A stretch of DNA of 64,000 nucleotides from Rhodosorus marinus CCMP1338. Its lineage: Eukaryota > Plantae > Rhodophyta. A program made the position numbers and the translations under genes. The notes beneath the pieces were generated by a model, which saw only the letters and a list, made by a program, of their open reading frames with translations, made no database searches and was not told the origin of the DNA. Positions 1 to 12,199 of the stretch are shown here, in pieces; the stretch's first letter is position 1; each line of letters begins with the position of its first letter. The stretch lies in assembly GCA_029953675.1 (NCBI GenBank), contig JAMWBK010000012.1:620001-684000 (forward strand), in the 5' to 3' direction.

Positions 1-1815
1 ATCACTGAACTTTGCCGGCGTCTTTTTGGTCTCGCCAACCCTGTAGTTCACCGTGTGGTCGGGAAAGTTGTTCGCCCCAGCTGCAAGAACTGTCCTCACG
101 TCCCAGTTATCTGGGAACCCATCACCATCCTTGTCCTCGTAGTCTGGATATCCCGCGCCGCTGCGGTAGCTGCCGATCGCTTTCCTCTTCGCGAGAGATA
201 GCTCGCGCACCGGCGAAGCCACGTCGCTTGCGAAATAGAATTTGTAGCTCTTGGCGCCGCACTGGACGTCCTTCTGGTAGTTGGTGTAGTCCGAGTTCTC
301 CTTACATCCGGCATCGGCCTCCTTCCATACCTTGGTATCGACTGTTCCGTAGACATCCCATCCATGTCCATGATCCGCTGTAACGATAAGCAGCGTGTCG
401 TCCCCGTTCTTCTGAATCCAGTCCTTCACCTTCCCAACGGTGTTGTCTAGCTCGATGGCATCCGCAATCAGTCTATGGGTGTCGAGCTGATGGGCCATCT
501 TGTCGATGGACCCAGCCTCAATCATGAGGTAAAATCCGTTCTCGTTCCTGCTCAGAACTTGGAGGGCTGAGTCGACCATTTCATCCAAATTCGGCTGTCC
601 TCGTCCATCCTTAACCTTCTCCGGGTTCGGGCTGTTGGACTTGTCGTAGAGATTCTTCTTGTACACGTTCCTATCCAGCCAGACATTCATATCGCCGGCG
701 TGGGAAATGTTGAGCAGCTTCTTCGTCTTCTTGTTCTTCGCGGCCCTCTTCATCTGTCCCTTGGTGTATGTGACGTTGTATCCCGCGTCCTCGTACGCCT
801 TGAACATGTCGGATCCATCATGCGAGGACGAGGGCATGAAGTACTTCCCACCGCCACCCATGAGCACATCAGGCATGACTGGGAATCTGCAAGTGGGGCA
901 TCCTTCTATCCCTTGACGGGTAGTCTCAGCAGAGGCCCTCCTGTTTCGATTATGTGAGAACACCGCGGCTGGAGTAGCATCCTGCACCTCGGCAGTCGTT
1001 ACAACGCCGACGGACATTCCCATACTCTTTACATGCTCCGCGAGAAGCTCGACCTTTGGATGCTCCAGGCTGACGTCATCGTCTGTGTTAGAATCTACAA
1101 AGACCCCAAAGGCGTTCACCGACGACTTGAATCCAGTGTTGTAGGCAGAAGCCGAGTTCGCTGAGTCCGTGATGATGGAGTCCACGCCAGCCGGGTTCAC
1201 GAGTCCAAAGTGGGGAAGGCTCTGCATGTTCAGAAGATCCTTGTACTTCCCATCTGCCATTCCTCTGGACAGCAGGCGAGCTGCAGACACCATGTTGATG
1301 TTCATTCCGTCTCCAATCATCAGGATCACGTTCTTCGCAACCCTCTTCGTAGGGTGGTGAACGTTCCACATGATGCTTGACACACTTGTGGGCGTGGTTA
1401 CGGTAGTCTTGATATCTCCCTTTCCAAATTTGCTCCCTATCTTCACGTTGTCGTACTTGACCGCAACCACATCGTACAGTTCCGAGGTATCGTCCACGAC
1501 GCTGTCTCGCACCTCAAGCGTCCATCTTCTCTCTCTCCCGTTTACGCCGGGGAAGAACTCCCCCACGCTGTACTCTTCTCCCGTCGCCATCACTGTGAAA
1601 ACAACCTCAATGTCCTCCATGGACGCATCCTCACCCTGCTTTACGTGATACTCAACCTCAAAGTCGAAAACAGTTTCGCACTGAAACTCTGCTGCGTTTA
1701 TTGGGTAGATGCATACGTCGCTGTCCATAACACATCCGAAATGTCTCTGTGACGGCTCCTGTAGAGAAACCGCCATAGAAAAGAGGACCGCAACCACCAA
1801 GACCTTCAAATCCAT
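1..1815 (-). CDS. Secreted alkaline phosphatase (PhoA-type), 3' end outside the window
   Basis: ATG at 1815 opens a stop-free frame to position 1 (605 codons); the ORF track misses it because there is no stop. Signal peptide MDLKVLVVAVLFSMAVSLQ; AP motifs KNVILMIGDGM, ITDSANSAS (catalytic Ser), VVTTAEVQDATPAA, FYLMIEAGSIDKMAHQLD, IVTADHGHG. Confidence 0.92.
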   Translation of the reverse strand, partial: MDLKVLVVAVLFSMAVSLQEPSQRHFGCVMDSDVCIYPINAAEFQCETVFDFEVEYHVKQGEDASMEDIEVVFTVMATGEEYSVGEFFPGVNGRERRWTLEVRDSVVDDTSELYDVVAVKYDNVKIGSKFGKGDIKTTVTTPTSVSSIMWNVHHPTKRVAKNVILMIGDGMNINMVSAARLLSRGMADGKYKDLLNMQSLPHFGLVNPAGVDSIITDSANSASAYNTGFKSSVNAFGVFVDSNTDDDVSLEHPKVELLAEHVKSMGMSVGVVTTAEVQDATPAAVFSHNRNRRASAETTRQGIEGCPTCRFPVMPDVLMGGGGKYFMPSSSHDGSDMFKAYEDAGYNVTYTKGQMKRAAKNKKTKKLLNISHAGDMNVWLDRNVYKKNLYDKSNSPNPEKVKDGRGQPNLDEMVDSALQVLSRNENGFYLMIEAGSIDKMAHQLDTHRLIADAIELDNTVGKVKDWIQKNGDDTLLIVTADHGHGWDVYGTVDTKVWKEADAGCKENSDYTNYQKDVQCGAKSYKFYFASDVASPVRELSLAKRKAIGSYRSGAGYPDYEDKDGDGFPDNWDVRTVLAAGANNFPDHTVNYRVGETKKTPAKFSD

Positions 1816-3029
1816 TATCTTCTCAGTAAATATCGTTCTTAAGCGGAATCACTGAGTAACACTGGGAATCGATACTCAAGCCTCCCTCGCGTTCTCTTTT
1901 ACTTCTTCTTCTAAGACTTTCCTCTCCCTAGCTTTAACATCAGCCCGAGCATTCTTATACTCGAAGGCTATGACTATAGATCACTAAGAGAAGCATTCCC
2001 AACAACCCCTTCAAACAGAATGGGCAAGATAAGATGCCACGCTGAAGCACAATACTTAGGAAGGAAACAATAATCTTAAAGAGCGCCCAGTTCTCTCGTC
2101 TGAGAGTCTATAACGCCCTGGTTCGGGATGCCATGCACTGTAAACGAGCGGTGAGTGAGGTATTTATTCCCAGACCGACAGGAGGAAGACTAATGAAGGC
2201 ATAAATCCTGCCCCTGAAGCTGCATTCGTGGAAGTCAGAACAGAAAAAACTGCGAAAATTAAATAGAGCGAATAGCTGATCTGGCCCGCTTTCCCGTTCG
2301 CAAGTTCACCCGAGCATACCTGCGTTGACTACCGCCTCGTACCGGTAGAACAACCACTCGCCCCGGAAACAGGCGGGCTAGAACGGGGCTCAGCTCCTTT
2401 TCGACTCCATAGCCCATCAAGCAGAAACTTGAAATCTGAGAATCTCCCTCAGTTTTCCAATTCACAGCTTACCTCCAAACAATGTTTTGATTCTACGCTG
2501 AGAGATTTTCTTTTGGCATACTAGTCCGCGTCTGCGAGTGCCACGATCTGAAGAACCCACGCACTACGGCTGCAAGATAGCGACCCTCACCGTCTGACTT
2601 AAAATTATCAACGCAGGTGAAACCTTTCTAGGTGGAAGCCTGGGTCTCTTGGAGCGCTTTCCCGAATTACTGAAAATCCTGTGGCTCAAAACACCCTCGC
2701 TGCACCTGCTTCGAAGTGATCGCCCCTTTTTTCAACCTCCAAGGGCAGAGTGTACTTTGCTTATCAGCATTAGATGTCACCAGACTAGGAATCACTCCTA
2801 AAACCGAAAAAGAAAATCTCAAACGAGTCGATACGACGAAACTTCCGGCAGAGCAGTGACACTCTTCCCGAGAACACTGTACACTCCAATTTCTTCCGCA
2901 GAGGGCCCCTTTACCGGCATAGCCCAGCACTCTAGACGCCCTTCAAGAACGCCTCGAAACACTATACCGCGCCAAGTCTAGCAAAGCTGGCTCATAATTT
3001 ACCTGTCTTTCAGACGAATCGCTCTCCCC

Positions 3030-3093
3030 GCTATTGGAGTCGAACTCGGCAAAGGCCGAGCAGACGGCCTTTGCCGAGTTCGACTCCAATAGC
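3030..3093. repeat. Perfect 29-bp inverted repeat with 6-nt loop
   Basis: gctattggagtcgaactcggcaaaggccg-agcaga-cggcctttgccgagttcgactccaatagc, arms checked base by base. Confidence 0.95.
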
Positions 3094-3433
3094 CGTGGTC
3101 GAAAAAGCCAAACCACACGTACTCCCCAAAACCGATCCGCCCTTACAATAGATTGGACTTAGAGAAAACTGATTGATAAATCAGTCAATTTTTATACAAC
3201 TTTTTGAAAAAAACAGGTAGCTCCATAAACAAAGAAAATACTTAAATACATTTTTCCTTTTGTATTTCTTTTAATTGCTATAATACTTAAGTTGGATAAC
3301 TTTCATCATACAAGAACTGGTTCCCAAAAATAGAAGTGATCGAGTAAAGCGACCATAAAATACGATAAAACGATACGCTCGGCCAGGTGGTTTTTGTGAG
3401 ATAATTAAACCATTTGGTGGGCGCCAAACCGAA

Positions 3434-3988
3434 CGCTTTGCCCGTAGTCGAACTATTCAATCAGCGTGTTCTTCTCTCCTGTCAATGAACTATGACATGT
3501 TGAATCCCGTTCCACGAAAAACAAAGGGACCTGAGAGCTTCACGAGCGGCTGCGCTGCCCACTGGCAACCTGGAATCTGGACTTTCGGTCTCGCCGCCTA
3601 GCTTGTTGTCCGAGCTCCTTTGAAAAATTGTTTCCCCACTCAGAAGCTCTTCCCGTTTCGCATAAAAAGGGCCTCTTCTCAGTTTGCTCAGTCCACTCCA
3701 GCCACACGACGCTTTGCCCGTAGTCGTCGCTAAAACTATTCAATCAGCGTGTTCTTCTCTCCTGTCAATGAATTATGACATATTGAATCCCGTTCCACGA
3801 AAAACAAAGGGACCTGAGAGTTTCACGAGCGGCTGGCTGCCCACTGGCAACCTGGGATCTGGACTTTCGGTCTCGCCGCCTAGCTTGTTGTCCAAGCTTC
3901 TTTGAAAAATTGTTTCTCCACTCCGAAGCTCTTCCCGTTTCGCATAAAAAGGGCCTCTTCTCAGTTTGCTAAGTCCACTCCAGCCACA
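3434..3988. repeat. Tandem duplication, ~276-bp unit x2
   Basis: cgctttgcccgtagtcg...ccactccagccaca starts at 3434 and again at 3710, with few substitutions. Confidence 0.9.
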
Positions 3989-6157
3989 GTCAACTGAGAA
4001 CCAGGCTTTGCAGTTATAGGACACGACGTAGAATCCCTTGATTTATTTCAATCTAACTACTGGGGTTGGATGGCTTCAACCTTTGTCGAAACTGACAGTG
4101 GCATATCGAAGTCCAATCCAGTCTCGGGCGAGGGCGTCGTCAATTATCGGCTATTCGATCTAAAAACGAAGAAAGCGCCGGACTTAGGGCAGAACGAGAT
4201 TTTTTCGGGGCAGGGGACAGGGAGTACAAACAAGGAGGTGAGATTAGAGGTTTTCTTTTGCGGATCGGGGGGACATCCCTTCCCCCCCTGCACAGCTCCC
4301 CCCTGGGGGCCTCGGTACCCTCGGCGTTTTGAATGACTCCGTCATCCTATTGTCTGACAAACAAACTTGCTCGTTTCGTGATTTTTTATTTTCAAATTAT
4401 TCGTGTTTTTTGGCCAAAACCCGCATGATCGCCAACACATGAACTCACCAGCAACAATGCTCCGACACAATCCAAAGCAACCAATGAGACAAGGTCTCAA
4501 CCAATATGACAGCCAGAACATCAGCCCTCTGCACTTCCTGAATCGCACTCTATCTACTAACCTGACACTCAATGCCGGAATCATCAGTAATACAGCCACC
4601 ACTAGTAAAAACGGAGTAAAGACGACTAACCTCCAAGACCAATGCCGTGATAACCAGGAAGAAGCGCCTAGGTGTTCCCTACTAAACTTGCAAAAATGTC
4701 CAAAAATGACCCCTGATCCACAGAAACCGGAAAAATGACCCTCAAATCATCAATTCCTACCAATCCATAGCCACCATTTGAAGGGCCTCCTGGGACCCAA
4801 ATTAGCCCCCTTTTCGACCCCTTTTTCGCCCCTTTTTAGCCCTCATTTTGACCCTCTTTCGAGCCCTTTTCCCCCATTTGAGCCCAAATTAGACTAAATC
4901 TAGTATTGAACAGGAGTCCAAAACAAGGAAATACATAAAAGTCTATATATCCGGGAAACCAGTCAAAACTGCATGGAAGGCCAATCTTCAAAGACCAGCC
5001 GCTATCCAAAGCAATATTTATTCAGCCACCTCCCCTCATTTTGTCCCCTTTCGATCCAAAGAGCGTCAGCGAAAGCTCACAACCAGCCAACCCATCCAGC
5101 CTCACCTCCTCCTTCGCGAATATGGAGCCTCGAACGGTCTCCTGGGACCTCAGAGATCGAGATCTGAGCCCCTTCTTTTCGACCCCTTTGGAGCCCCAAA
5201 ACGGACCCCCGAGGACCCCAAAAAGGACCCATTTGAGGCCTCAAAATAGACCTTCAAAAACCACTCACCAGCCACCCAATCTCGCAGCCATTTTGGACCC
5301 CATTTTGACCCCTTCGGATCTCGAAAAACAGCTGAAATACCTCGTGTGTGCTCGAGGCGAAGAGGTTCATGGTGATGAGGTATCTGGTCAGTGTTGGATC
5401 GGTTCGTAGATAGCTTATACTGTAGATCAGTACTCAGAGTAGTATGATTTCGATGACTCAGTTCATGTTACTTCCAAGTCCAGCTGAAACCGTTCACTCC
5501 AACCGTGACCGTTTATTCCGAATGTAGTGGTAGGGATGCCCTAGAAAAGGGGCTGCCGCTAGTTCATAGGGGTATACGAGTGTCTGAGCTGAAGTTCTCA
5601 AACCGGCCCGACATCTGGATGCTCTGGGCGATCACAATGATTTCATCCGTGCCTTGTTGTGGGAGGCATTTCGTCCGACTTAGGAAGGCGGCAATGGAAT
5701 ACCTTGCGAAATTCACGCAACATCTTGAGCGCGAGGGTGACTTCATTGGGTTTGTGTGGTGAAGGCCGGACTTAATTGTGAGCTCTGGCGCCTTAAAACC
5801 CAGTCAGCTTCGAATGCGATGGCTGCGCGATTCGTCTCCAAACGGTATTTTTCTTTTGGAACCTAGTTTGCCACCTCGTTGAGGTAACACGCCAAGGCAA
5901 GAAGAGCGTGAAAGGGTTAGGGTGAGGCTCCTTTCCTACTCTTCTTGCCTTAGCGTTCTATGGCAGCACGATCTGTGATCGCGACGAGATTACGCGCCAC
6001 CATTCAGTCAACATCTTCCTTCAGTCAAATAAGTCAACGTACAGATTGAATTGAGAAACCTTAATTGCTGATCGCTTGCAGCAATAAAAACCGAGCTCGC
6101 GTCTCGGTTTTATCGGGGCGGAATACATAACACATTGAGGAGGATGGGTTTGCAACA

Positions 6158-6385
6158 GTGACCGCATGCGCCAAGATGACCCTGGGCGGAACGCAGGAGG
6201 CGATGGTACAAGACCTGACTAATCCCAAGGAGATTTGGGAGAAGTTTGAACGGGTCTTAAAAATCGCCCTTTGGACCACACCTGGACCGGACCTGGAGGA
6301 AAAGTTGATAAATAAAACGACTACACAGAGGCGAAAGTCGTACGAGAATTTTCGAGTGGGTGGAGCAAAAGCTCACGGAGACTAG
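6158..6385 (+). mobile_element. Possible decayed LTR-retrotransposon gag fragment
   Basis: CAKMTLGGTQEAMVQDLTNPKEIWEKFE resembles the Copia gag AKEIWEKLE segment; short and unverified. Confidence 0.3.
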
Positions 6386-6386
6386 G

Positions 6387-6644
6387 TATCCCTATACCAA
6401 TAAGCATTACTCGCCGAGTGAGCATCTGGTACACGTGTCCAGGATTCTCACGGACAGGGAAGACTATGATGGGGCAGTGTCTCCGCGGGGCGGTGCTCGA
6501 CTCTGTCTTACTTCCCAGGTGATTTCGGACTTTCATATTCATGAGGGAAATCACTACAGCAGTATATTCCTTCCTGTGCCTGAGGGTCTGGGACACGTGT
6601 ACCAGCTTCTCACTCGGCGAATAATATTCATTGGCATGGGAATA
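6387..6644. repeat. Diverged inverted repeat (arms ~6387-6470 and ~6560-6644)
   Basis: tactcgccgagtgagcatctggtacacgtgtcc versus reverse complement tattcgccgagtgagaagctggtacacgtgtcc; the opposite-strand translations YSPSEHLVHVS and YSPSEKLVHVS match. Confidence 0.8.
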
Positions 6645-7764
6645 GAGCTGCGCTTGCTTTTGCGCCACCCGAGTCTCTTCACCATAATCCAGTGCTCTGC
6701 TTGATATTCGTGGAGGTGAGTCGACCACTCCCTCACGGCTTAGCATGATATCTGTCCCACAGCGCTATGGCCAAGAACTTCAAACTATCGACACAGACTA
6801 AGTCAGTCAAAATGAGCTCTACTGGATATATTTGCCGAAACTATACCTACCCTAATTTTATCAAAAGATACTTCAATTAAACTATTTTATGTACATAGTA
6901 TACAGTGTCAAGTACAAGCCCGGTATTGTATTATTATTCATAAATACTATGCATTGGTAATATACGGATCTAATTATTACTTTAATTAATATTTTGTACC
7001 GTTAATACTTTTCACTATATAGGCATAATGAGCTAGTACTCTGGGCAAGCTTTTCGTGTAGCCAGGTTGGTGGAATTGGTTACCCTCATCGGGCTGGTCG
7101 AGACAGGATGCCGGAACGGAGCTGAGGTGAGTATCTGGAGCAGAACAGGCAACTAGAGTTGAACACCAAGAACCAAAACCCATCAAGCACGGTTGCTTCC
7201 CAGAGGCAGGATTGGAGGGGGATTGGGCGTCACCACGCATGCCAATGTTTTTGGTGAACCCATACCGTGTCGAACAAGGCTTTGCATGACTCACAGTCGT
7301 TGGAACGTGCAGGTTTCCGATACTGTAACACCCCTACCTCAACCAGTCCTGAGCCCAGAAGCATCCGCAGGGCGCAAAGTTCAGGTTGGTGCGGGGGGCA
7401 AGGGGGAAAGGTGCGGGAGCGCCAAGTACCCGCACAAGCGGGCGAACACACAACACAATTGGCCGTCTAACAGCCTAAGGCTATTACGGTGGCTCCCGTT
7501 TTCGTGCTGTGGACCGCCCGGAAAGGACTACGGGTCTTTCGTCAGCAGCGCCGATGAGACCTTACAGAAATTGAGCGAATTTTATGGCTAACCAAAATGG
7601 TCAAGCTCTCCGAATAAACTTTCGTTGATGGCGAGCGTAGGTTCAAAAATCCCAGGATCTCAGAAAAGATCGTCTTCCGGACTATAAGAAGATCTAGAGT
7701 GGCTCATCCAGGGGGATCAGGAAAGGATTACCAGGATCGAAACAACGAAAGCGTTTAGTGAAAT

Positions 7765-8295
7765 ATGAAGAAGGCTATAGGTGCTTTCATAGTGTTTTCG
7801 TTCGTGCTCACTCACGACGTTGTCAATGCGGTACCAACTACACAGACGCAGGTAGATGTCTCCTCGAGAACGATCGAGGACCGATGTTTCCCCCTGCTTA
7901 ACTCGGCCGGCAACGACCTTGGCGAGGTCTGCATTCGTACGGTGAGGACATTGGGTGGCACGTGCTTGGAGGCCAGACATACCGTCCAGACGGGAACGCT
8001 GAAGCAAATCAAACTGGGCGCGAACCGTGATTGCTCGATGGTACGGACTCAGTTGTCGTGGGTCAACCAGAAGGAGAGATTTTGGGGCAAGAGGAAGACC
8101 GGCACCGTCACTATGTGCGACGAGGCCGTGTTGAAGGCCGAAGAGCTAATGTGCATCGTCGGGGAGGTCTCGACCGCTGCGTATCGAAGTGGGAGGTACT
8201 TGCGATCTGATCTGAGGTGGAAGTTGGAATTTAGTTCTACTGAGTCTGGCTCAAAGTTTGAGCTCGTGATCCCTGATGCCGACGACTGGTTATAA
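7765..8295 (+). CDS. Unknown secreted protein, 176 aa
   Basis: ATG-initiated ORF with signal peptide MKKAIGAFIVFSFVLTHDVVNA; shares a Cys/Gly motif pattern with the protein at 24954-26048. Confidence 0.7.
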   Translation: MKKAIGAFIVFSFVLTHDVVNAVPTTQTQVDVSSRTIEDRCFPLLNSAGNDLGEVCIRTVRTLGGTCLEARHTVQTGTLKQIKLGANRDCSMVRTQLSWVNQKERFWGKRKTGTVTMCDEAVLKAEELMCIVGEVSTAAYRSGRYLRSDLRWKLEFSSTESGSKFELVIPDADDWL

Positions 8296-8689
8296 ACGAA
8301 GGTGGAAGCGGTTGTCGCTATAAGTGCGTCCTGGCGCGCTTTTCTTTCCACTAAATGGAATATTTGTATCATCTGATCTTCCTCCAGCGAAGTCCGAACT
8401 GTATTGAATGAGACCAGGGCACGACCACGGCCGTCAAGCTCAACCCGGTGGAATCAGCGATGGGCATAACCCGTGGGAGTCTCTTTCTCGATTACGGGCC
8501 TTGCGTGAGCCCTTACTCGCGCTACGCTCTGTGGACGACAGTAAAATAGTTTCACCATCTGCACCTATTTCATGGGTGTTTGTCCATGTGCCAGTGGCGA
8601 TCCTCATATATACCGTAGCTTCAAGGCTTGTTGTGGACAAAGCAGCCGACGGGCCCCGAACATAACATGAAGAAGACCGGTCTAAAATA

Positions 8690-8960
8690 CAGCGTTTCCT
8701 CGCTCGATTTCACCTAAAAGGCACCCACCTAAGGGATATTTGTCAGTCCAGTTTAACAAATGAACGACTACAGTCATGCGGCTCATCCTGAAGGCAACAG
8801 GTTTGCCGTTCCAAGCCGATGATTGGAGCCAAACATGGGACAGAGCAATGGGGGACAGCGACATTTGGGACTTATTAAATATGTCTACATCTAGAACAAT
8901 AGCGTGATTTATCAAGACGAAGAATACTTTAGGTGTTTAATGCCTCAAAAAAATGGATCA
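8690..8960 (-). mobile_element. Highly decayed Copia-like RT relic
   Basis: NKSQMS...VWLQSSAWN resembles the Copia LxKSLYGLKQSxRAWN motif; weak. Confidence 0.25.
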
Positions 8961-9716
8961 CCACGTAGTAATCTAGACTCGACTGGGAGCAATATCATCG
9001 ACAGATTTTGGATAAATGCATCTATATCTAGAAACAAATAGGTTAATTATCAATATTACGAATAATTTCCGTATGTAATTGCTCAAATCTGTATCTATGA
9101 GTCATATTCTAGAGTATGGTGGCAAGATCAACTCATCCTATATTGTGTGTTGCGAGTCCGGAGCAAAGTGGGAAGCTTCCCCCTCACCAATATGGGGGAA
9201 GAGAAGAACGTTCAGGAGGAGCCCTGAGAGTAGGAAGCGTTACACGACAGCCCTAGAAGGGACCAAACGAGGTCGTGAACGGTCGGAAGGAAACAAAAGA
9301 AGCTGTGACCGGTCCACTAAGTCGAGAAGAGTGCCTCGAACGGTTGACCAGGTCAATAACAGCCGTAACTAGTACTGATTTCCTTGATTTTACCTATTGG
9401 ATGTTCCTCCCCAAGTAGTAGCCAAACAGCTATATAAAACCCTGGCTAGCAGGCTTGGCTGCAGCTGTTGATTCAGATGAAATGAATGAATTTGCTAAAT
9501 CGGAGACTAAAAGAAAAACCCCCCGAGGTTGAAAGTTATTCAGATTGGCGGGATACACTACGCAAGAGGACTCGGCGTACCCCTGGGATGCTGATTACTT
9601 TGAATGGGTCGGCAACGAGTTACCTGCAGTTCCTGGCGACGACGTTCAGTAGCACAATCAACGTCGGAAGCTGACTATCAACTCATTGAATGAGCTAAAA
9701 CGGAAACTCGAATTCG

Positions 9717-9823
9717 AGGGGAAGACAAAGCCCCGCGTATTTCACTTGTCCGTGACGTTGCATAGTTGTAGCGGCAGATCCACGGCGCTCCCCCGCATCC
9801 TGCAGGTAACCGCTGGCCTGAGG
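9717..9823 (-). mobile_element. Short relic of CRE family B (endonuclease region)
   Basis: ggggaagacaaagccccgcgtattt and ggcagatccacggcgctcccccgca match family B at 62550-62630; translates PQASGYLQDAGERRGSAA. Confidence 0.8.
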
Positions 9824-12199
9824 ACTGGGAACAGCAACGTCAACTGACTGCTGAGCTATTCAAAGGAGTCAGCATCGCAGTTGTACGTAGCCGACTCTTC
9901 TTGTGTGCCGCCCAATCTCAATCACGTTACAATCGTCTACGCCACGACATCTCGGTTATGTACTAACACCGTAAGGTACCGCCGTTCTTACAGCAGTACC
10001 CCCTAGGGATGATCCCAAATAGTCTCCAGGTCAACAGTAGACACAGCTTCCAGGCCATGTCACTGACGGTGACTGAGAGCCGTGAGGCAATGTTTGGTGC
10101 ACCAGAGTTGTTTGGCGATCTACCCAAGCTCCACAGCCTGAAGCTCACACCGAAGGTGACGACGTTCGTATTGTAATCTTCTTTCCTGTAATCTTAAGCA
10201 CGCGCAGATAGGGCACCGGAGACGATGGAGCTCCGCCAATCAAACTAGAAGTGCGAATGTGTGACGAGTTTCTTGTCGCGTGGTATGAACGATGCTTTAA
10301 CACTACTTTTCTGTTGGAGGCGCGTGATCTTCGCCTTCAGTAGTCTTTTCTTCCCTTTTTTTTTTCTTTCAGTCTGTAACCTGCTCGTGCTTAGAGGATC
10401 ATGGCCATATGCCTAGCGAAACCCAACAACTGTAACTTTTCCAGTCTAACAGACTCTCGTAGCCTAACACTTTCACTACAGTCATAATCATGTTCAGAGA
10501 AAATGAGGACTAGGTCACCGTCTAGACCTCAAGGAAGCTTGCATGGAAGCTGTTGCTAGACGTGGAAGTATTCCAGCGACAACTTGATTGATTTGCTTAG
10601 AGTTAAAGAAATCTAAGACGAAACCCCAGACTAGCGAAGACCCCACGTTGCGCGTCTAGGGAGCCAGGGAAGAACTGATGCGCCTCAAACCTGAGCAAAA
10701 CTCAATCCGGCTGTGCGTGGTAACCATCGGTGATGTATGGGTATATACATGAGACCAATCAAAAAAAGGATTGAGATAGAATCCGAATCATGTCCAAGAT
10801 ACGCGGAAGTTGATTGCAGAATATGTTGTCTTGGCGAGCTAGGCTTGGTCTACACACAATGATACAAACTTCGAGAAGAGGTCAGCGCCCAGACACCTAC
10901 AGATTAGTGGGACTCCGATGGGTGGATAACTTTCATTGTCCTGGTCCGGGGCTCCATAAATGCTAGCCGAAACTGCCTTGGGGAACCGGACACGGTCAGA
11001 ATTCACGCTTCAGGGACGCAAGGGGTTTGTAATATTTCCTCTTCAAGGTAGGCAATGTCTGCAAACAGCATTTTGCGCCTTCCAGGCCATTGGACTGAAC
11101 GTGCAACCACACAGCCAATGCCATAAACGGCTTAAACCCTCTCCAAAAACCATTGATTTCGATTGAGAGACCCCACTTGTGTCCTGTGTCTGTGTAACTG
11201 CTCATTGGTTTCCATAGATATTTCAGCAGTCCATCCACCTTAGGTATATGGCGAGTTGTCACCCTATCCAATGGTGTCAAAATAGGGAGAGGGTAATCAG
11301 CGGTAGGCTGTCCATGGACCTTATGTTGAGAAACATAGCGAGGAATCCTACAATTAGATATAAAAAATTTCTAGATCAAAGCTAATCCATCCAAATGGAT
11401 CAATTTGTTTCTTGTTCGGACTAAAATTGAGATTGATCTGTTCTAGTAGTATCCCAAATCTATTGGTTTGGGGAGAGTCCCACAACTGTGTTGCAGATTT
11501 CATCGAAGCGACGACGACAAGCTTTGATGAGCGCCCAAAAAGCATGTAGACAGGTCTGAAAGTAGCCGATACTGTGTTTTACTTGATCTACAATACACCT
11601 GGTATGTTTTGTTCGTCCGCAGGGAATTAGAAACCCTCCCCCGAAATCCGGTCTTGGGAGCGAAGGGAGATCTGCTCGGGAGGTCAGGATAGATGAGGAA
11701 GAGGTTGTGAAGATGCTGTGGTGGGTGCAGAGGAGAGTTTTCAGCTAGATAAGCATCGGAAAGGAACGGAATTTGTCAGAAAACACGAAAAAGAAGCAGA
11801 AGAGACGTGTAACCAAAAGGTCTGTGGAGGTGGGGGTACTGATTCTTTGGGGAAGGTGAGGACGACTCTCTGAGCTTCCCTTTCTCGTGGGAGGGAGACA
11901 GAGCTACGCTGTAGTAGAACCACCAACTCTCTCTAGCTCATACTAAACTTGTATTTCTGTCACTTTTCCAGCTTTTCAGAACAGAGAGGGGAAATAGCAT
12001 ATTGCTCTGCCGCGGTCTGAGGCACGTCAGGGGCGCCGTTGGATAGAGGAAAGGAGAGGAAAGCCTTCTTGCGGACGAACGAGCTGAAGGGTGGAAGCCT
12101 TAAGAACTGTTGAAAATGGGAGTTTTTGGATTTTGCTCGATCCCGTGAGGAAGGAGGACTCGGAAGACCTTTGAAAACGACTGCGCGTTGGTGGTTGAG

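Noticed and set aside
12-1648. Short ORF-track entries in the first 1.7 kb
   Set aside because: All overlap the long phosphatase frame on the minus strand.
7230-7451. Tc1/IS630-like transposase relic (LPPHQPEL resembling LPPYxPELNPIE)
   Set aside because: One short motif, no other DDE blocks or TIRs.
10996-11550. Integrase relic (HVQSNGLE; FIEATTTSFDE)
   Set aside because: Too degenerate to support without a profile search.
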